In this document: positions 16,714-25,640 of the stretch, piece by piece
Numbering within the stretch: position 1 is the stretch's first letter
Layout: every line of letters begins with the position of its first letter
DNA from: a virus
Lineage: Duplodnaviria; Heunggongvirae; Uroviricota; Caudoviricetes
Virus record (IMG/VR): IMGVR_UViG_3300024246_000004
Location: 27,446 to 91,445 of that record
Reading direction: 5' to 3' (one strand)
Length of the DNA stretch: 64,000 nucleotides
Program-made: the position numbers and the translations under genes
The notes under the pieces: generated by a model
Told to the model about the DNA's origin: nothing
The model's database searches: none
What the model saw: only the letters and a program-made list of their open reading frames with translations

Positions 16714-16787
16714 GATCATCTCCTGTGTCAGAGCCCTGAGCGGGCACGGCCGGAGCCGGGTACGGGGCCCGGCTCCGCCGAATCGGC

Positions 16788-18041
16788 TCAGAACTCGTCG
16801 AGCGCGGACCGGTACGGCAGGCAGATACGGCACTGCTGCACGTGCTCTCCGATTTCGTCCCGGTCGGGGGTCGCGTTCACGTGCCGCGCTGTGTCGAAGA
16901 TCAAGAAGATCTCTTCGCAGTCACTCGTGGGGAGTGCATCCTCCAAACCCGCGAGGCAGAACCGCTCATATCGCGCGGTGAGAGCGTCCCACGCGAATTG
17001 CGCCGCCGCTTCGGTCCCGTACTGGTCCACGGTCACGAAACCCAGGCTGTCCGTGGCCAGAACGGCGCACTCGGCACGGAACAGCGAGTAGTGCCCGAAA
17101 CCGTCCGTGTCGCCCATGGTGTCATCCGGGAAATCGGAGTCGTGCAGCCGCTCGGCCAGGCCGTTGCTGAACTTCTCGGAGGTCGCAGGCCACTGCATCG
17201 CGTCCGCCAGCTTCCGCCACTCGTTATCTGTGACGATGATGCCCGTTCCGCCGTTCGCGCACGTCTCGGGACGGTATCCAGCCGCGTAGAGCGACAGACC
17301 GTCTTCCCATTCGACGAAATCGACTTGCGTACCGTCCGACGCGCGGTAGACAGCGCAACCGGCCGTCACTCCGTTGGAGACCTTGACCACGCGGGTATCG
17401 ACGTCGCCCCAGTAGGGATTGGGCGTGAAATCGTCCGTGACGGCCGGAGCCGGTGCGGGGGCGGCGTTGCCCGCCGGTACCTCGGAATGGGCCGCAGCGT
17501 CGCTCTGCGGCTCGCCCTGGGGCATGTGCGGGTCGGCCGGGCCGAACGGGTCACCCATCATCGCCCGGTACGCCTCGGACGCCGCCTGATCGGGCGACAG
17601 GTGACGCTGCGCATAGTGCTCGCGGGCCATGGCGTAAGCGTCGCGCGCCACGGCCGCAGCACCGATCAGCGCGCCGTTGAAGAAAGCGGCGCAACCTCCA
17701 CCGTTCACGGACTCGATCGAGTAGCGGCCGTCACCCTCGCGGGCAGACTCCCCCGTACCGACCACCGGCCGGATATCGATCCCGGTGCGGCCGTTGACGG
17801 TGACCCGGTCGGCCCGAGCGAGCAAGTACGGGCCGTCCAAGATCTTGAAATAGGCGATGCGGTTACGAACCCACCCGCCATGCTCGACGTAGCCGGACCT
17901 GATACCGGCCGTGGCGCCCATGCTCCACGTGATGACGCCGTAATCGTCCGAGATGGCGAAGCGGACGCTGTAACCGCCGCCCAGCATGCTGTAGTCATGC
18001 AGTTGCTCGCCGCGCGCGTTGAACGCGTGCAATTGGTACAT
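16788..18041 (-). CDS. Hypothetical protein (417 aa)
   Basis: SD AGGGAG 10 nt upstream of the ATG; long frame. Confidence 0.55.
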   Translation of the reverse strand: MYQLHAFNARGEQLHDYSMLGGGYSVRFAISDDYGVITWSMGATAGIRSGYVEHGGWVRNRIAYFKILDGPYLLARADRVTVNGRTGIDIRPVVGTGESAREGDGRYSIESVNGGGCAAFFNGALIGAAAVARDAYAMAREHYAQRHLSPDQAASEAYRAMMGDPFGPADPHMPQGEPQSDAAAHSEVPAGNAAPAPAPAVTDDFTPNPYWGDVDTRVVKVSNGVTAGCAVYRASDGTQVDFVEWEDGLSLYAAGYRPETCANGGTGIIVTDNEWRKLADAMQWPATSEKFSNGLAERLHDSDFPDDTMGDTDGFGHYSLFRAECAVLATDSLGFVTVDQYGTEAAAQFAWDALTARYERFCLAGLEDALPTSDCEEIFLIFDTARHVNATPDRDEIGEHVQQCRICLPYRSALDEF

Positions 18042-18122
18042 GGTGTCAACTCCCTGAGTTGTCTCGTTCAGCGCCGTGGGAATCACCCACGGACGGACGG
18101 GGGATCACTCCCCCGTTTCGAC

Positions 18123-18374
18123 CTAGCGGGAGAGATGCGCGGGGGCGGTCAGCGCGCGGTACTTGTCGAGCGCCGTCTCATACCAGCGCTCGGTGCGCTG
18201 GGTGATACCCGCGCCGTCCGCCAGTTGCGCCGCCACCTGCGCGCTGGTCTCCCACGCGCTCCCGGCCACGGCGGACACGGTGTCCTGCCACGCCTGCCGG
18301 AAGGTGCGGGTCGGGGCGCTGCTGCGGCGCGGCGCGTTGCCGCCGGTGAGGGCGTTGCCATTCCTGCGAACCAT
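18123..18374 (-). CDS. Hypothetical protein
   Basis: SD GAGGTAACGATC-ATG. Confidence 0.5.
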   Translation of the reverse strand: MVRRNGNALTGGNAPRRSSAPTRTFRQAWQDTVSAVAGSAWETSAQVAAQLADGAGITQRTERWYETALDKYRALTAPAHLSR

Positions 18375-18403
18375 GATCGTTACCTCTTTCGTGTCGGTGT
18401 GCT

Positions 18404-18441
18404 GTACGTACGCTAGTACCGGATGTGCGATGCGTCAACTA
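18404..18441 (-). promoter_or_regulatory. Sigma70-like promoter TTGACGCATCGCACATCCGGTACTAGCGTAC
   Basis: Same family; -35 TTGACG, 17-nt spacer, -10 TAGCGT. Confidence 0.6.
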
Positions 18442-18695
18442 CACCGGTCGAGCCAGTAGTTCAGCCCGAACGGCGTGGCCGTGGCGTCCGCCAGGTACTT
18501 GTGAGCCAGCTCTGACGTGTTGAACGGGCCCACGGCACCCAACCTGTCCACGGCGCCGTACCGGATTTCGATGATCTTGCGTACGGTTTCCTCGGTGTGC
18601 GGAGCGCGGTCGCCATCGGTCACGGTGACCGTTCCGGAACCCTCGGTTCCCCGGAGGAACAGAACGGCCCAGTAAGCCAACGTGTTGTCAGCCAT
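18435..18695 (-). CDS. Hypothetical protein
   Basis: ORF. Confidence 0.4.
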   Translation of the reverse strand: MADNTLAYWAVLFLRGTEGSGTVTVTDGDRAPHTEETVRKIIEIRYGAVDRLGAVGPFNTSELAHKYLADATATPFGLNYWLDRCS

Positions 18696-18912
18696 TGCGG
18701 AGCATCCTCTCCGTGTCGCCGGTGATCGCGTCCGTCCGTTCGGCTATCTCGCATACAATGCCTTCCGCGTAGAACGACGGCCCGAACCCTTCCCCGTCCC
18801 ACGCGCCGATAGCGTCAGAGGCCTGAGACTGCCAGTCCCGTAGCGCCCGTTCGATCTCGCATACGCCGTTCGCCAGACGTACCCGCGCGCGATCTTGCGG
18901 AGTGTCGCTCAC
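18688..18912 (-). CDS. Hypothetical protein
   Basis: ORF with an overlapping start/stop. Confidence 0.4.
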   Translation of the reverse strand: MSDTPQDRARVRLANGVCEIERALRDWQSQASDAIGAWDGEGFGPSFYAEGIVCEIAERTDAITGDTERMLRNG

Positions 18913-19133
18913 GACCCACCCCCGTAGGTTTCGACACGGGCCGCGTACTCATTGAGCGAGTCCGCGAGAGAGCGCGCCTGCGCGGGGGTGAACTGCGCGT
19001 GAATCCGCCGCCCCGCATTCGGCTCCGGTTGCCCGGTCACGGTGAGATCCAGATTCACGTAGTACGTACGGTCCCGCGAATCCCACCCCATGCCGCTCGC
19101 CGCGAGCACGGCCGTCCAGATCTTCCGGTACAT
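18909..19133 (-). CDS. Hypothetical protein (75 aa)
   Basis: Internal ATG chosen; upstream frame extension is Gly/Arg-rich. Confidence 0.35.
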   Translation of the reverse strand: MYRKIWTAVLAASGMGWDSRDRTYYVNLDLTVTGQPEPNAGRRIHAQFTPAQARSLADSLNEYAARVETYGGGS

Positions 19134-19135
19134 GC

Positions 19136-19567
19136 TCAGCCCTCCCGCCGGACATAGAGGGTGGTGAACTCTTCCACGGTGCGTGCGCCACGGTCGCAGG
19201 AACCGAATTCGTTGAACGTCACGCTGTAGGCCACACACGGGATGCCCGTACCGTCCAGATAGAGCGCGTCCACCCGCACACGCGTCGTATGTCCCGCGCG
19301 CTTCCATGATTCGCCCGGCAGGGGCGTACGGACCGGCTCCGGCCATTCGGGCGACGCGATCGCGAGGTACGGCGCGAACGGCGCGGTTCCCACCCGCAGA
19401 CTAGACAGGACCACCGTGTCCCGCTCGGCACTCGCAGCGCTTTGCAGTACGGGCACGCCGTCGCACGACTCGCGACGCCACACGGCGCCGTCATAGGCGC
19501 ACACGTGCGTCCCCTCGGGCAGGGCGAGCAACTCGCCGTAAGTCCACAGTTCACGCGGCTTGCTCAC
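19136..19567 (-). CDS. Hypothetical protein
   Basis: GTG start 2 nt after the upstream stop; the N-terminal part of the 244-aa track ORF is low-complexity. Confidence 0.35.
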   Translation of the reverse strand: MSKPRELWTYGELLALPEGTHVCAYDGAVWRRESCDGVPVLQSAASAERDTVVLSSLRVGTAPFAPYLAIASPEWPEPVRTPLPGESWKRAGHTTRVRVDALYLDGTGIPCVAYSVTFNEFGSCDRGARTVEEFTTLYVRREG

Positions 19568-19569
19568 GG

Positions 19570-19812
19570 TCAGGCTCCGAGCGCGGAGCGACCGGCGATC
19601 GTCAGCACGACGCGCCGACCGGCGCGGCCGTTGGACAGCCGGGTACGGGACGCGCCGTTGACCCGCACGACGCCGCGCGCCAGCAGGGACCGGAAGGTCT
19701 GCGCGGTGACCTGCGCGCCGTACACGCGTCCCGCGTTGTCCACGTAGACCTTGACGGTCCGGACGGCCGCGAGCGCGGAGGCCTGGACGGGGGACAGTTT
19801 GGTCGAGCTCAT
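19570..19812 (-). CDS. Hypothetical protein (80 aa)
   Basis: SD GGAG followed by ATGATGATCATG. Confidence 0.5.
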   Translation of the reverse strand: MSSTKLSPVQASALAAVRTVKVYVDNAGRVYGAQVTAQTFRSLLARGVVRVNGASRTRLSNGRAGRRVVLTIAGRSALGA

Positions 19813-19898
19813 GATCATCATCTCCAGGATTTAAGGGTGTTGTCCGGCTGAGTACCGGCGGGTAGAGCACGGGCTAGCCGCACTCCCCCGTCTGGCGA

Positions 19899-20600
19899 TC
19901 AGTAGGTCAGCAGGTTGCGCAAGCCGTCCAAACCGTCGTCTGCGTCGAAGGTGACGGGGTTCGCCGTGCCGTGTGCGGCCACCGTGGCGTCCGTGAGGGC
20001 ACCGGCGGCAACGTCCGCGTCCTGCGCCGCCATCTCGGCCTGGTGAGCCTCGTACGCGTCCGCGACCGCGTCGGCCGCAGTCTCATCGATCCACAGGCCG
20101 TCACGCATGATCCGGGTGACGGGGAAGGTACGCGAGCGGCGGGAAACCCACTCCTCAGCGTCCGCACGGCGGGCGAAATGCATGTCGTTGCGACCCTCGC
20201 TGCGGAACGTGCGCCACTCGCCTCCGGCCGTCCGGTACTGCGCGGTGAACGGCTTGAACGCGTTCTCGAAGGCCTCCGCCGTGTCGTACGCGTCGCCCAT
20301 GGCGTTGAACAACCGGTCGCAGGTGGCGCAGTCGTTGCCGGAGTCGAACCCCTTGCACCGCGACTGGTGGAGGTAGCGCTTGTCATCCGCCGCGCCGTGC
20401 TCGGCCCATAGCGCGGCGGACGCCTCGGCCCGGTCCACCCACACCCGGCCGGTGGTCAGGCTGCGATCGATCAGGCCACGGTCCAGCAGCGCCGTGAAGG
20501 TGGCGAACCGGATGTCGGCGGCCTTGACCCATTCGTCTGCGGCCTCGGCGCGCGCGAGCGTCATCAGGACTTTGAGCTGGGGTGCGGTGATCTTCGCCAT
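19899..20600 (-). CDS. Hypothetical protein (233 aa)
   Basis: SD GAGGAGACGGCC-ATG; a leftward promoter sits upstream. Confidence 0.55.
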   Translation of the reverse strand: MAKITAPQLKVLMTLARAEAADEWVKAADIRFATFTALLDRGLIDRSLTTGRVWVDRAEASAALWAEHGAADDKRYLHQSRCKGFDSGNDCATCDRLFNAMGDAYDTAEAFENAFKPFTAQYRTAGGEWRTFRSEGRNDMHFARRADAEEWVSRRSRTFPVTRIMRDGLWIDETAADAVADAYEAHQAEMAAQDADVAAGALTDATVAAHGTANPVTFDADDGLDGLRNLLTY

Positions 20601-20627
20601 GGCCGTCTCCTCGGTGGGTCGGTGCGT

Positions 20628-20668
20628 GGGGGATACGTTAGTCCCCGGGATGTGATGCGTCAACCCTG
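20628..20668 (-). promoter_or_regulatory. Sigma70-like promoter TTGACGCATCACATCCCGGGGACTAACGTATCC
   Basis: Same family. Confidence 0.6.
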
Positions 20669-20857
20669 GGAGTCGTGCTCTCCCATGGCCCAGCCGAGCG
20701 CGACCACGGCGAGCACGGTGAGCGCCGCGACCAGGACGCCCGCGCCGACGCAGAGCAGATAGAGCCAGTCCGCGCCGGTGAGCGGCGCGTGCGGGCACGG
20801 CGCGTGGCAGTAACCGCCGCCGCCCCCTTTGATCACAGGTCCGCGCGGGTTGGGCAT
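20660..20857 (-). CDS. Small membrane protein
   Basis: Hydrophobic C-terminal half; start uncertain. Confidence 0.35.
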   Translation of the reverse strand: MPNPRGPVIKGGGGGYCHAPCPHAPLTGADWLYLLCVGAGVLVAALTVLAVVALGWAMGEHDSQG

Positions 20858-21099
20858 CAGGACACCCGCCCGGTCTCGCGGTACGTCTCCCACGCGTCCG
20901 ACAGGGTCGGGCGGGTACGCAGGTCGCCTGCGTAGTACGCCGTGACCGCGTCCACGTAGGACTGCGCGAACTCGGTGGGCACCGGCGCGTCCATACGCGT
21001 CAGCTCCGGCATCGCGTCGCGCCGTCCGGACGCGTAGCCCAGCGCGAGCATGCGGGAACGGAATTCGTCGGGGGTGTCGGCAGGGTAGGCCTGGGCCAT
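20857..21099 (-). CDS. Hypothetical protein
   Basis: SD GAAAGGCCGTGACC-ATG. Confidence 0.45.
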   Translation of the reverse strand: MAQAYPADTPDEFRSRMLALGYASGRRDAMPELTRMDAPVPTEFAQSYVDAVTAYYAGDLRTRPTLSDAWETYRETGRVS

Positions 21100-21101
21100 G
21101 G

Positions 21102-21338
21102 TCACGGCCTTTCGATCAGCGATGCGGGAGCGTCCGCGCGCCATGCCCGGCAGGCCAGGCACGCACACGTCTCGGGGGTGTGGTCGCGTTCCACCGTGTC
21201 AATCAGGGTGTCCCACGCGGTTTGCTCGGCGCGGTCGAACCGGGCCCATTGCGCGGTGTCGCTCATGCGCTGTTGCGTGCGGTAGGCCACGGCCCACGCG
21301 TCGAACAGCGCGCGGCCTTCGGCGATCTTGCTCGGCAT
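21102..21338 (-). CDS. Hypothetical protein
   Basis: SD AAGGACACAGCC-ATG. Confidence 0.5.
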   Translation of the reverse strand: MPSKIAEGRALFDAWAVAYRTQQRMSDTAQWARFDRAEQTAWDTLIDTVERDHTPETCACLACRAWRADAPASLIERP

Positions 21339-21348
21339 GGCTGTGTCC

Positions 21349-21744
21349 TTAGATGTAGCGGGCGTGGGACGGGCGGCGGGCGGGCATCCGCAGGCGCGGC
21401 ATGCTCGGGCGGCTCGCCACCGGCAGGCGGCGGTACCAGCGCACGCCCAGGAACAGGTACACGGGCACGGAGAAGTAGAACGCGGGGAGGATCAGGAACA
21501 GCAGCGAGACTTTCAGCCGCTTCGCTGCGACCGCGTGGCGCTGATTGAACGTCGGGCGCGGCGGGGCCACGGCGAACAGTCCGCGCCCGCCGACCGCGTT
21601 CACCTGGTACCCGGCGGAGGCGAGCAGCATGTGCGCCTGCCCGCTGACCACCGTGTTGGGGAACGCGAGCACGTATCCGCCGTTGGGGGACAGGCTCGCC
21701 TGGTGTGCGATGCCGAGTTCCGCGAGGATCCTCATCTGGGCCAT
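21349..21744 (-). CDS. Membrane protein
   Basis: SD GGAAGGCAACGATC-ATG; hydrophobic segments. Confidence 0.5.
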   Translation of the reverse strand: MAQMRILAELGIAHQASLSPNGGYVLAFPNTVVSGQAHMLLASAGYQVNAVGGRGLFAVAPPRPTFNQRHAVAAKRLKVSLLFLILPAFYFSVPVYLFLGVRWYRRLPVASRPSMPRLRMPARRPSHARYI

Positions 21745-21774
21745 GATCGTTGCCTTCCGTGTGAGCGGTGCGTG

Positions 21775-21815
21775 AGCGCTACGTTAGTACCAGGTGTGTG
21801 ATGCGTCAAGCGTCA
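21775..21815 (-). promoter_or_regulatory. Sigma70-like promoter TTGACGCATCACACACCTGGTACTAACGTAGCG
   Basis: Same family. Confidence 0.6.
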
Positions 21816-22115
21816 GTTGGAGCCGGTGAACCATCCGGGGGTGCCGTACACCTCGTAGCCGAACGTCCAGTTCTCCGGCGTGAGCGGGGTGTGCCAGAAG
21901 TAGCCGCCGTTCAAGGCGGAGCCGTAGCCGTAGCGGTGCACCGACAGGGCGACCACGGCCAGAGCGACCGCCAGCGCGGCCCACAGCGCCACCGTGACGG
22001 CCTTGCGGTAGTCGCGCGCCGCACGGTGCCTGGGCTCGGCGGACGGGCGCCACACGGCGCTGTGCGCGGTCGCCGTGGTCGCGGCGTCGTTCAGGATCAT
22101 CTCGTCGCTCGGCAT
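21813..22115 (-). CDS. Membrane protein
   Basis: ORF with a hydrophobic core. Confidence 0.4.
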   Translation of the reverse strand: MPSDEMILNDAATTATAHSAVWRPSAEPRHRAARDYRKAVTVALWAALAVALAVVALSVHRYGYGSALNGGYFWHTPLTPENWTFGYEVYGTPGWFTGSN

Positions 22116-22210
22116 GGGGAAACCTCCAGGATCGGTAGGGACCGGCTGAGTACCGGACGCTGCGGCCCGTGCGAGACGGACCGCGCGCTCTGGCGATCAG
22201 AGATGGACGC

Positions 22211-22408
22211 CTACACCCGTGAGCGCGAGCCTTGAACGATGGCGACCAGGGACGCGGCGAACGCGAACAGCGCCATACCGAAGATCACACCGGCCCACAC
22301 GTCGGCCTGAGCGAGCACGGCCATTGCGGCGACCAGCGCCACGCCGGTGCACAGGAACAGCACGGCGACCAACATCATTTCAACCATCTGGACGACTGCG
22401 GCGACCAT
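22211..22408 (-). CDS. Small membrane protein (65 aa)
   Basis: SD GGAAGGTTTGGATC-ATG; two hydrophobic helices. Confidence 0.5.
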   Translation of the reverse strand: MVAAVVQMVEMMLVAVLFLCTGVALVAAMAVLAQADVWAGVIFGMALFAFAASLVAIVQGSRSRV

Positions 22409-22482
22409 GATCCAAACCTTCCGGTAGAGGGGTGTTGCCGAGTAGCCGCGCGCCGATCCGCGAGCGCACGCGCGGCCGGGTG

Positions 22483-22725
22483 CTACCGGACGGGAACGGT
22501 GAGCGCGATGCGGGGCAGGCGCGCCGCCACGTCCGCGTCGATCTCGGACTGCGGGCGCACGCGGTGCACGTCGAAACGCGCCATCCCGAGGCTCGCGGCC
22601 AGACGCCGCACCTCGCGCAGCGCTTCGGCGTCATCGGCCGCTTCGAACGGGATGTGCCGCACGGGGGCGTTGGACGGCATCAGGATGGCGACATAGTCCA
22701 CGGTGGGCCCGTATGCGTCGTTCAT
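22483..22725 (-). CDS. Hypothetical protein
   Basis: SD GAGAGGACCGACC-ATG. Confidence 0.5.
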   Translation of the reverse strand: MNDAYGPTVDYVAILMPSNAPVRHIPFEAADDAEALREVRRLAASLGMARFDVHRVRPQSEIDADVAARLPRIALTVPVR

Positions 22726-22754
22726 GGTCGGTCCTCTCGGTCGGGGGTGCGGGG

Positions 22755-22795
22755 GATACGCTAGCGCGGTACGTGTGATGCGTCAAGCTCACCAG
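22755..22795 (-). promoter_or_regulatory. Sigma70-like promoter TTGACGCATCACACGTACCGCGCTAGCGTATCC
   Basis: Same family. Confidence 0.6.
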
Positions 22796-23427
22796 CCCTG
22801 CCGAATCTCCTCATCCGTGGCGTAGTGCGCGGGGCCCATGCACAGCGCAAGCGACATGCCGTGCTCGCACTGCGGATACAGCCGCTTGACCAGCCGCCCG
22901 CAGGCGTCCGGAACCGGCTCCGATTCCACCTCGGCGAAGTAGCGCCCCGGGTGGGCATCCATGTACGCGAGCACCTGGTCTTGCGTGGCGAACCGGACAC
23001 GGTAGGACATCCACGGGCCGGAGCCGGAACCCCGAACGTCAAGGACGATCGGCGTAGCGGCATCCGAGGCGTCCAGCGCAGCGCGCTCGGCGGCGAGCCG
23101 GACGTCAAGCAAGCGGAAGTACTCGGCCCACAGGTGAGCGGCCGTGTCTTCCAAGATCTCGTCGTGCGGGAAAGCGTTCGCCGCGTCCTGCGCGTCCTGC
23201 GCTGCCACGTAAGCCGCGTGAGACGCATCGTAAGCCGCGACGTGCGCCGTGCGCAGTTCGGCCAGCACGGCGGCTTTGCCGGGCGTGTAAAGCCGGGAGA
23301 GAGCGTCGGTGCCGTTGCGCTCGGCCGTGCGGCGGCAGTTCAAGCACACGGGCACGTTGTAGTCGTACGCAGGCTGTCCGCAGTGCTTGCACGGGCCGCC
23401 GTAGCGGTGCGCGATGTCGCTTGCCAT
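22789..23427 (-). CDS. Cys-rich hypothetical protein (212 aa)
   Basis: SD GAAAGGCTGATC-ATG; CKHCGQ...CLNCRR motifs. Confidence 0.55.
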   Translation of the reverse strand: MASDIAHRYGGPCKHCGQPAYDYNVPVCLNCRRTAERNGTDALSRLYTPGKAAVLAELRTAHVAAYDASHAAYVAAQDAQDAANAFPHDEILEDTAAHLWAEYFRLLDVRLAAERAALDASDAATPIVLDVRGSGSGPWMSYRVRFATQDQVLAYMDAHPGRYFAEVESEPVPDACGRLVKRLYPQCEHGMSLALCMGPAHYATDEEIRQGW

Positions 23428-23451
23428 GATCAGCCTTTCGGTCGGAAGCGG

Positions 23452-23492
23452 AACAAGGGCGAGACTAGTACTCGGCGCGTGATGCGTCAACC
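23452..23492 (-). promoter_or_regulatory. Sigma70-like promoter TTGACGCATCACGCGCCGAGTACTAGTC
   Basis: Same family; first promoter of the leftward block, divergent from the terminase operon. Confidence 0.55.
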
Positions 23493-23512
23493 GTGCAGGT
23501 GGAAGGGAAGAA

Positions 23513-24031
23513 ATGGCAGCACTACCCGCCGACGCCAAAGCCATGACACAGGTCGAGCGGCGCCACAAAGCCATCGAGATGCGCCGCGTCGGCATCCCCT
23601 GGGAGAAAATCGCCGAAGAATGCGGCTACTCCACCCCCGCCGTCGCAGCGGCCGACATCTACAAAGTACTCAGCGACCGCGTCCGGGAAATGGGCGACGC
23701 CGTCTCCGCGCTGCGCTCTTTGGAAGCCGACAAACTCGACGCCATGGAACGCGTCATCATCAACGTGATGCGCAAACCCCATATCCTTGCGCAGCAAGGC
23801 CGCATCATCATCGACCCCGCCACCGGGAAACCGGCAGAGGATCCGGGCCCCGTCTTCCAATGCGTAGACCGGCTCCTGCGCATCGCCGAACGCAGAGCGA
23901 AACTCCTCGGAATCGACAACCCCGTCAAAACGCAAGTCGAAATCAAGGCGGTGGGCGTTGACGCCGAAATTGCCGGAATCCTGGCAGGAATGGTCACCGG
24001 AAGAGAAGAAGAAACTCCTCGCGACGCTTAA
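23513..24031 (+). CDS. Terminase small subunit (putative)
   Basis: Position directly upstream of the large terminase; HTH-like N-terminus, oligomerisation-like C-terminus. Confidence 0.55.
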   Translation: MAALPADAKAMTQVERRHKAIEMRRVGIPWEKIAEECGYSTPAVAAADIYKVLSDRVREMGDAVSALRSLEADKLDAMERVIINVMRKPHILAQQGRIIIDPATGKPAEDPGPVFQCVDRLLRIAERRAKLLGIDNPVKTQVEIKAVGVDAEIAGILAGMVTGREEETPRDA

Positions 24032-25379
24032 ATTCGCCCAATGGCGTCAAGCCGCCCGCACCGACCAGCTACCCCCGCGCGGCCCGTGGGTCACCCTCTA
24101 CCTGCGCGGCGGACGCGGAAGCGGCAAAACATGGTCCGGAGGCCATATCCTCCTGGAGCGCGTCCTAGCCGACCCCGAACCGGGAGAATGGGCGGTCGTC
24201 GCACCGACGTACGAAGATGCGTGGGCCACCTGCTGCGAAGGCCCCAGCGGCATCCTCGCGGCACTGGGAACCAACGCCGTGCAGGTCAAACAGCACGACT
24301 CGCCCCTCGTACGGTACTGGAACCGCACCATGGGCGAACTACGCATGCGCAACGGACACCTCATCCGGTTCGCCTCCGCCGACGACGGAGCGCTGAGGAT
24401 CCAGGGCAAGAACCTCAAAGGCGTATGGGCCGACGAAATCGGCCTCTGGGACAAATGGCAGACCGCCTGGGACGAATCCATCCAATACGCGGTACGCATG
24501 GGCGACGCGATCCGCATCGTCACCGGCACACCCAAATCGAGCCGCAAAGCCCGCGAACTGATCAAACGGCTCATGCTCGACCCCGCCGTACACGTGCAAG
24601 TCCTGCGCACCGTAGACAACGCCGCCAACCTGAGCCCCGCGTTCATGGCCTCCGTCGTCGCCGCCGCGAAAGGCACCCGGCTAGAGCGGCAAGAACTCGA
24701 AGGAGAACTCCTCGAAGATGTAGACGGCGCACTGTGGACCCTGGAGATGATCGAACGCGGACGCGTAGACGAACACCCCGAACTGAGCCGCATCGTCGTC
24801 GCCGTAGACCCCGCCGTCACCGGCAGCGAAACCAGCGACGAATCGGGAATCGTCGTCGTCGGAGAACACCAAGGCCACGGCTACGTACTCGCCGACTACT
24901 CCATGGTCGGCTCACCCCAAGAAGTCATGGAGAAAGTCGTCTGGGCCTACCACGAACACCAAGCGGATAGGGTGCTCGCCGAAGTCAACAACGGCGGCGA
25001 CTACATCGGCACCCTGCTGCGCGTCGTCGATTCCTCCGTGCCCTACCAGGCCGTGAGGGCGACCAGAGGCAAACTGCTGCGCGCCGAACCGGTAGCGGCG
25101 CTCTACGAACAAGGCCGCATGCACCACGTCGGACGGTACCTCGATCTTGAAGAACAGATGATCGTCTGGCACCCCGACAGCTCGAAAAGCCCCGACCGCC
25201 TAGACGCATTGGCATGGGCCGTAGCAGGACTACGCACCCTCACCGCAGGATCATGGGCACAAGCCCACGGCATCGTCTACTGCGACGAATGCCAACAGCC
25301 ATTCATGATCAAACTACACCCGCTGAACTGCCCCAACTGCCGCACAACACACGGAAAAGGCACCGAAATAGGGAGCTGA
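23958..25379 (+). CDS. Terminase large subunit
   Basis: Walker A-like GGRGSGKT near the N-terminus and a nuclease-type C-terminal half; TTG start overlaps terS by 74 nt. Confidence 0.7.
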   Translation: MTPKLPESWQEWSPEEKKKLLATLKFAQWRQAARTDQLPPRGPWVTLYLRGGRGSGKTWSGGHILLERVLADPEPGEWAVVAPTYEDAWATCCEGPSGILAALGTNAVQVKQHDSPLVRYWNRTMGELRMRNGHLIRFASADDGALRIQGKNLKGVWADEIGLWDKWQTAWDESIQYAVRMGDAIRIVTGTPKSSRKARELIKRLMLDPAVHVQVLRTVDNAANLSPAFMASVVAAAKGTRLERQELEGELLEDVDGALWTLEMIERGRVDEHPELSRIVVAVDPAVTGSETSDESGIVVVGEHQGHGYVLADYSMVGSPQEVMEKVVWAYHEHQADRVLAEVNNGGDYIGTLLRVVDSSVPYQAVRATRGKLLRAEPVAALYEQGRMHHVGRYLDLEEQMIVWHPDSSKSPDRLDALAWAVAGLRTLTAGSWAQAHGIVYCDECQQPFMIKLHPLNCPNCRTTHGKGTEIGS

Positions 25380-25640
25380 ATGGCCACCCTCACCTACAAC
25401 GGCGGACCCGCCCACGGCACCCAACACACCGTGCCCGGGAAACCACCCAACACCCGGTACTACGCACCCCCAGGCGACCGAGCACAAGCCGGGCAATGGT
25501 TACAACTAGGGCGTTATAGCCTGAAATGGAAACAAGCAGACGGAACGTATACGTATACGTTCAGCGGATATTCGGACGTCCTAGGACCCAAACCGGCCGT
25601 CGGAGCGAACGGGGGAGAGCCGATCGAGGGGTGGTCATAG
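25380..25640 (+). CDS. Hypothetical protein
   Basis: ATG abuts the terL stop (TGAATG). Confidence 0.45.
   Translation: MATLTYNGGPAHGTQHTVPGKPPNTRYYAPPGDRAQAGQWLQLGRYSLKWKQADGTYTYTFSGYSDVLGPKPAVGANGGEPIEGWS

Noticed and set aside
16842-18416. 524-aa plus-strand ORF antisense to the 16788-18041 gene; similar cases are 14185-15525 (+), 26892-28052 (+), 54387-57866 (-) and 59277-62978 (-)
   Set aside because: Gly/Arg/Ala/Val-rich low-complexity translations typical of antisense frames in about 70% GC DNA. They overlap better-supported genes that have SD sequences and recognisable motifs.
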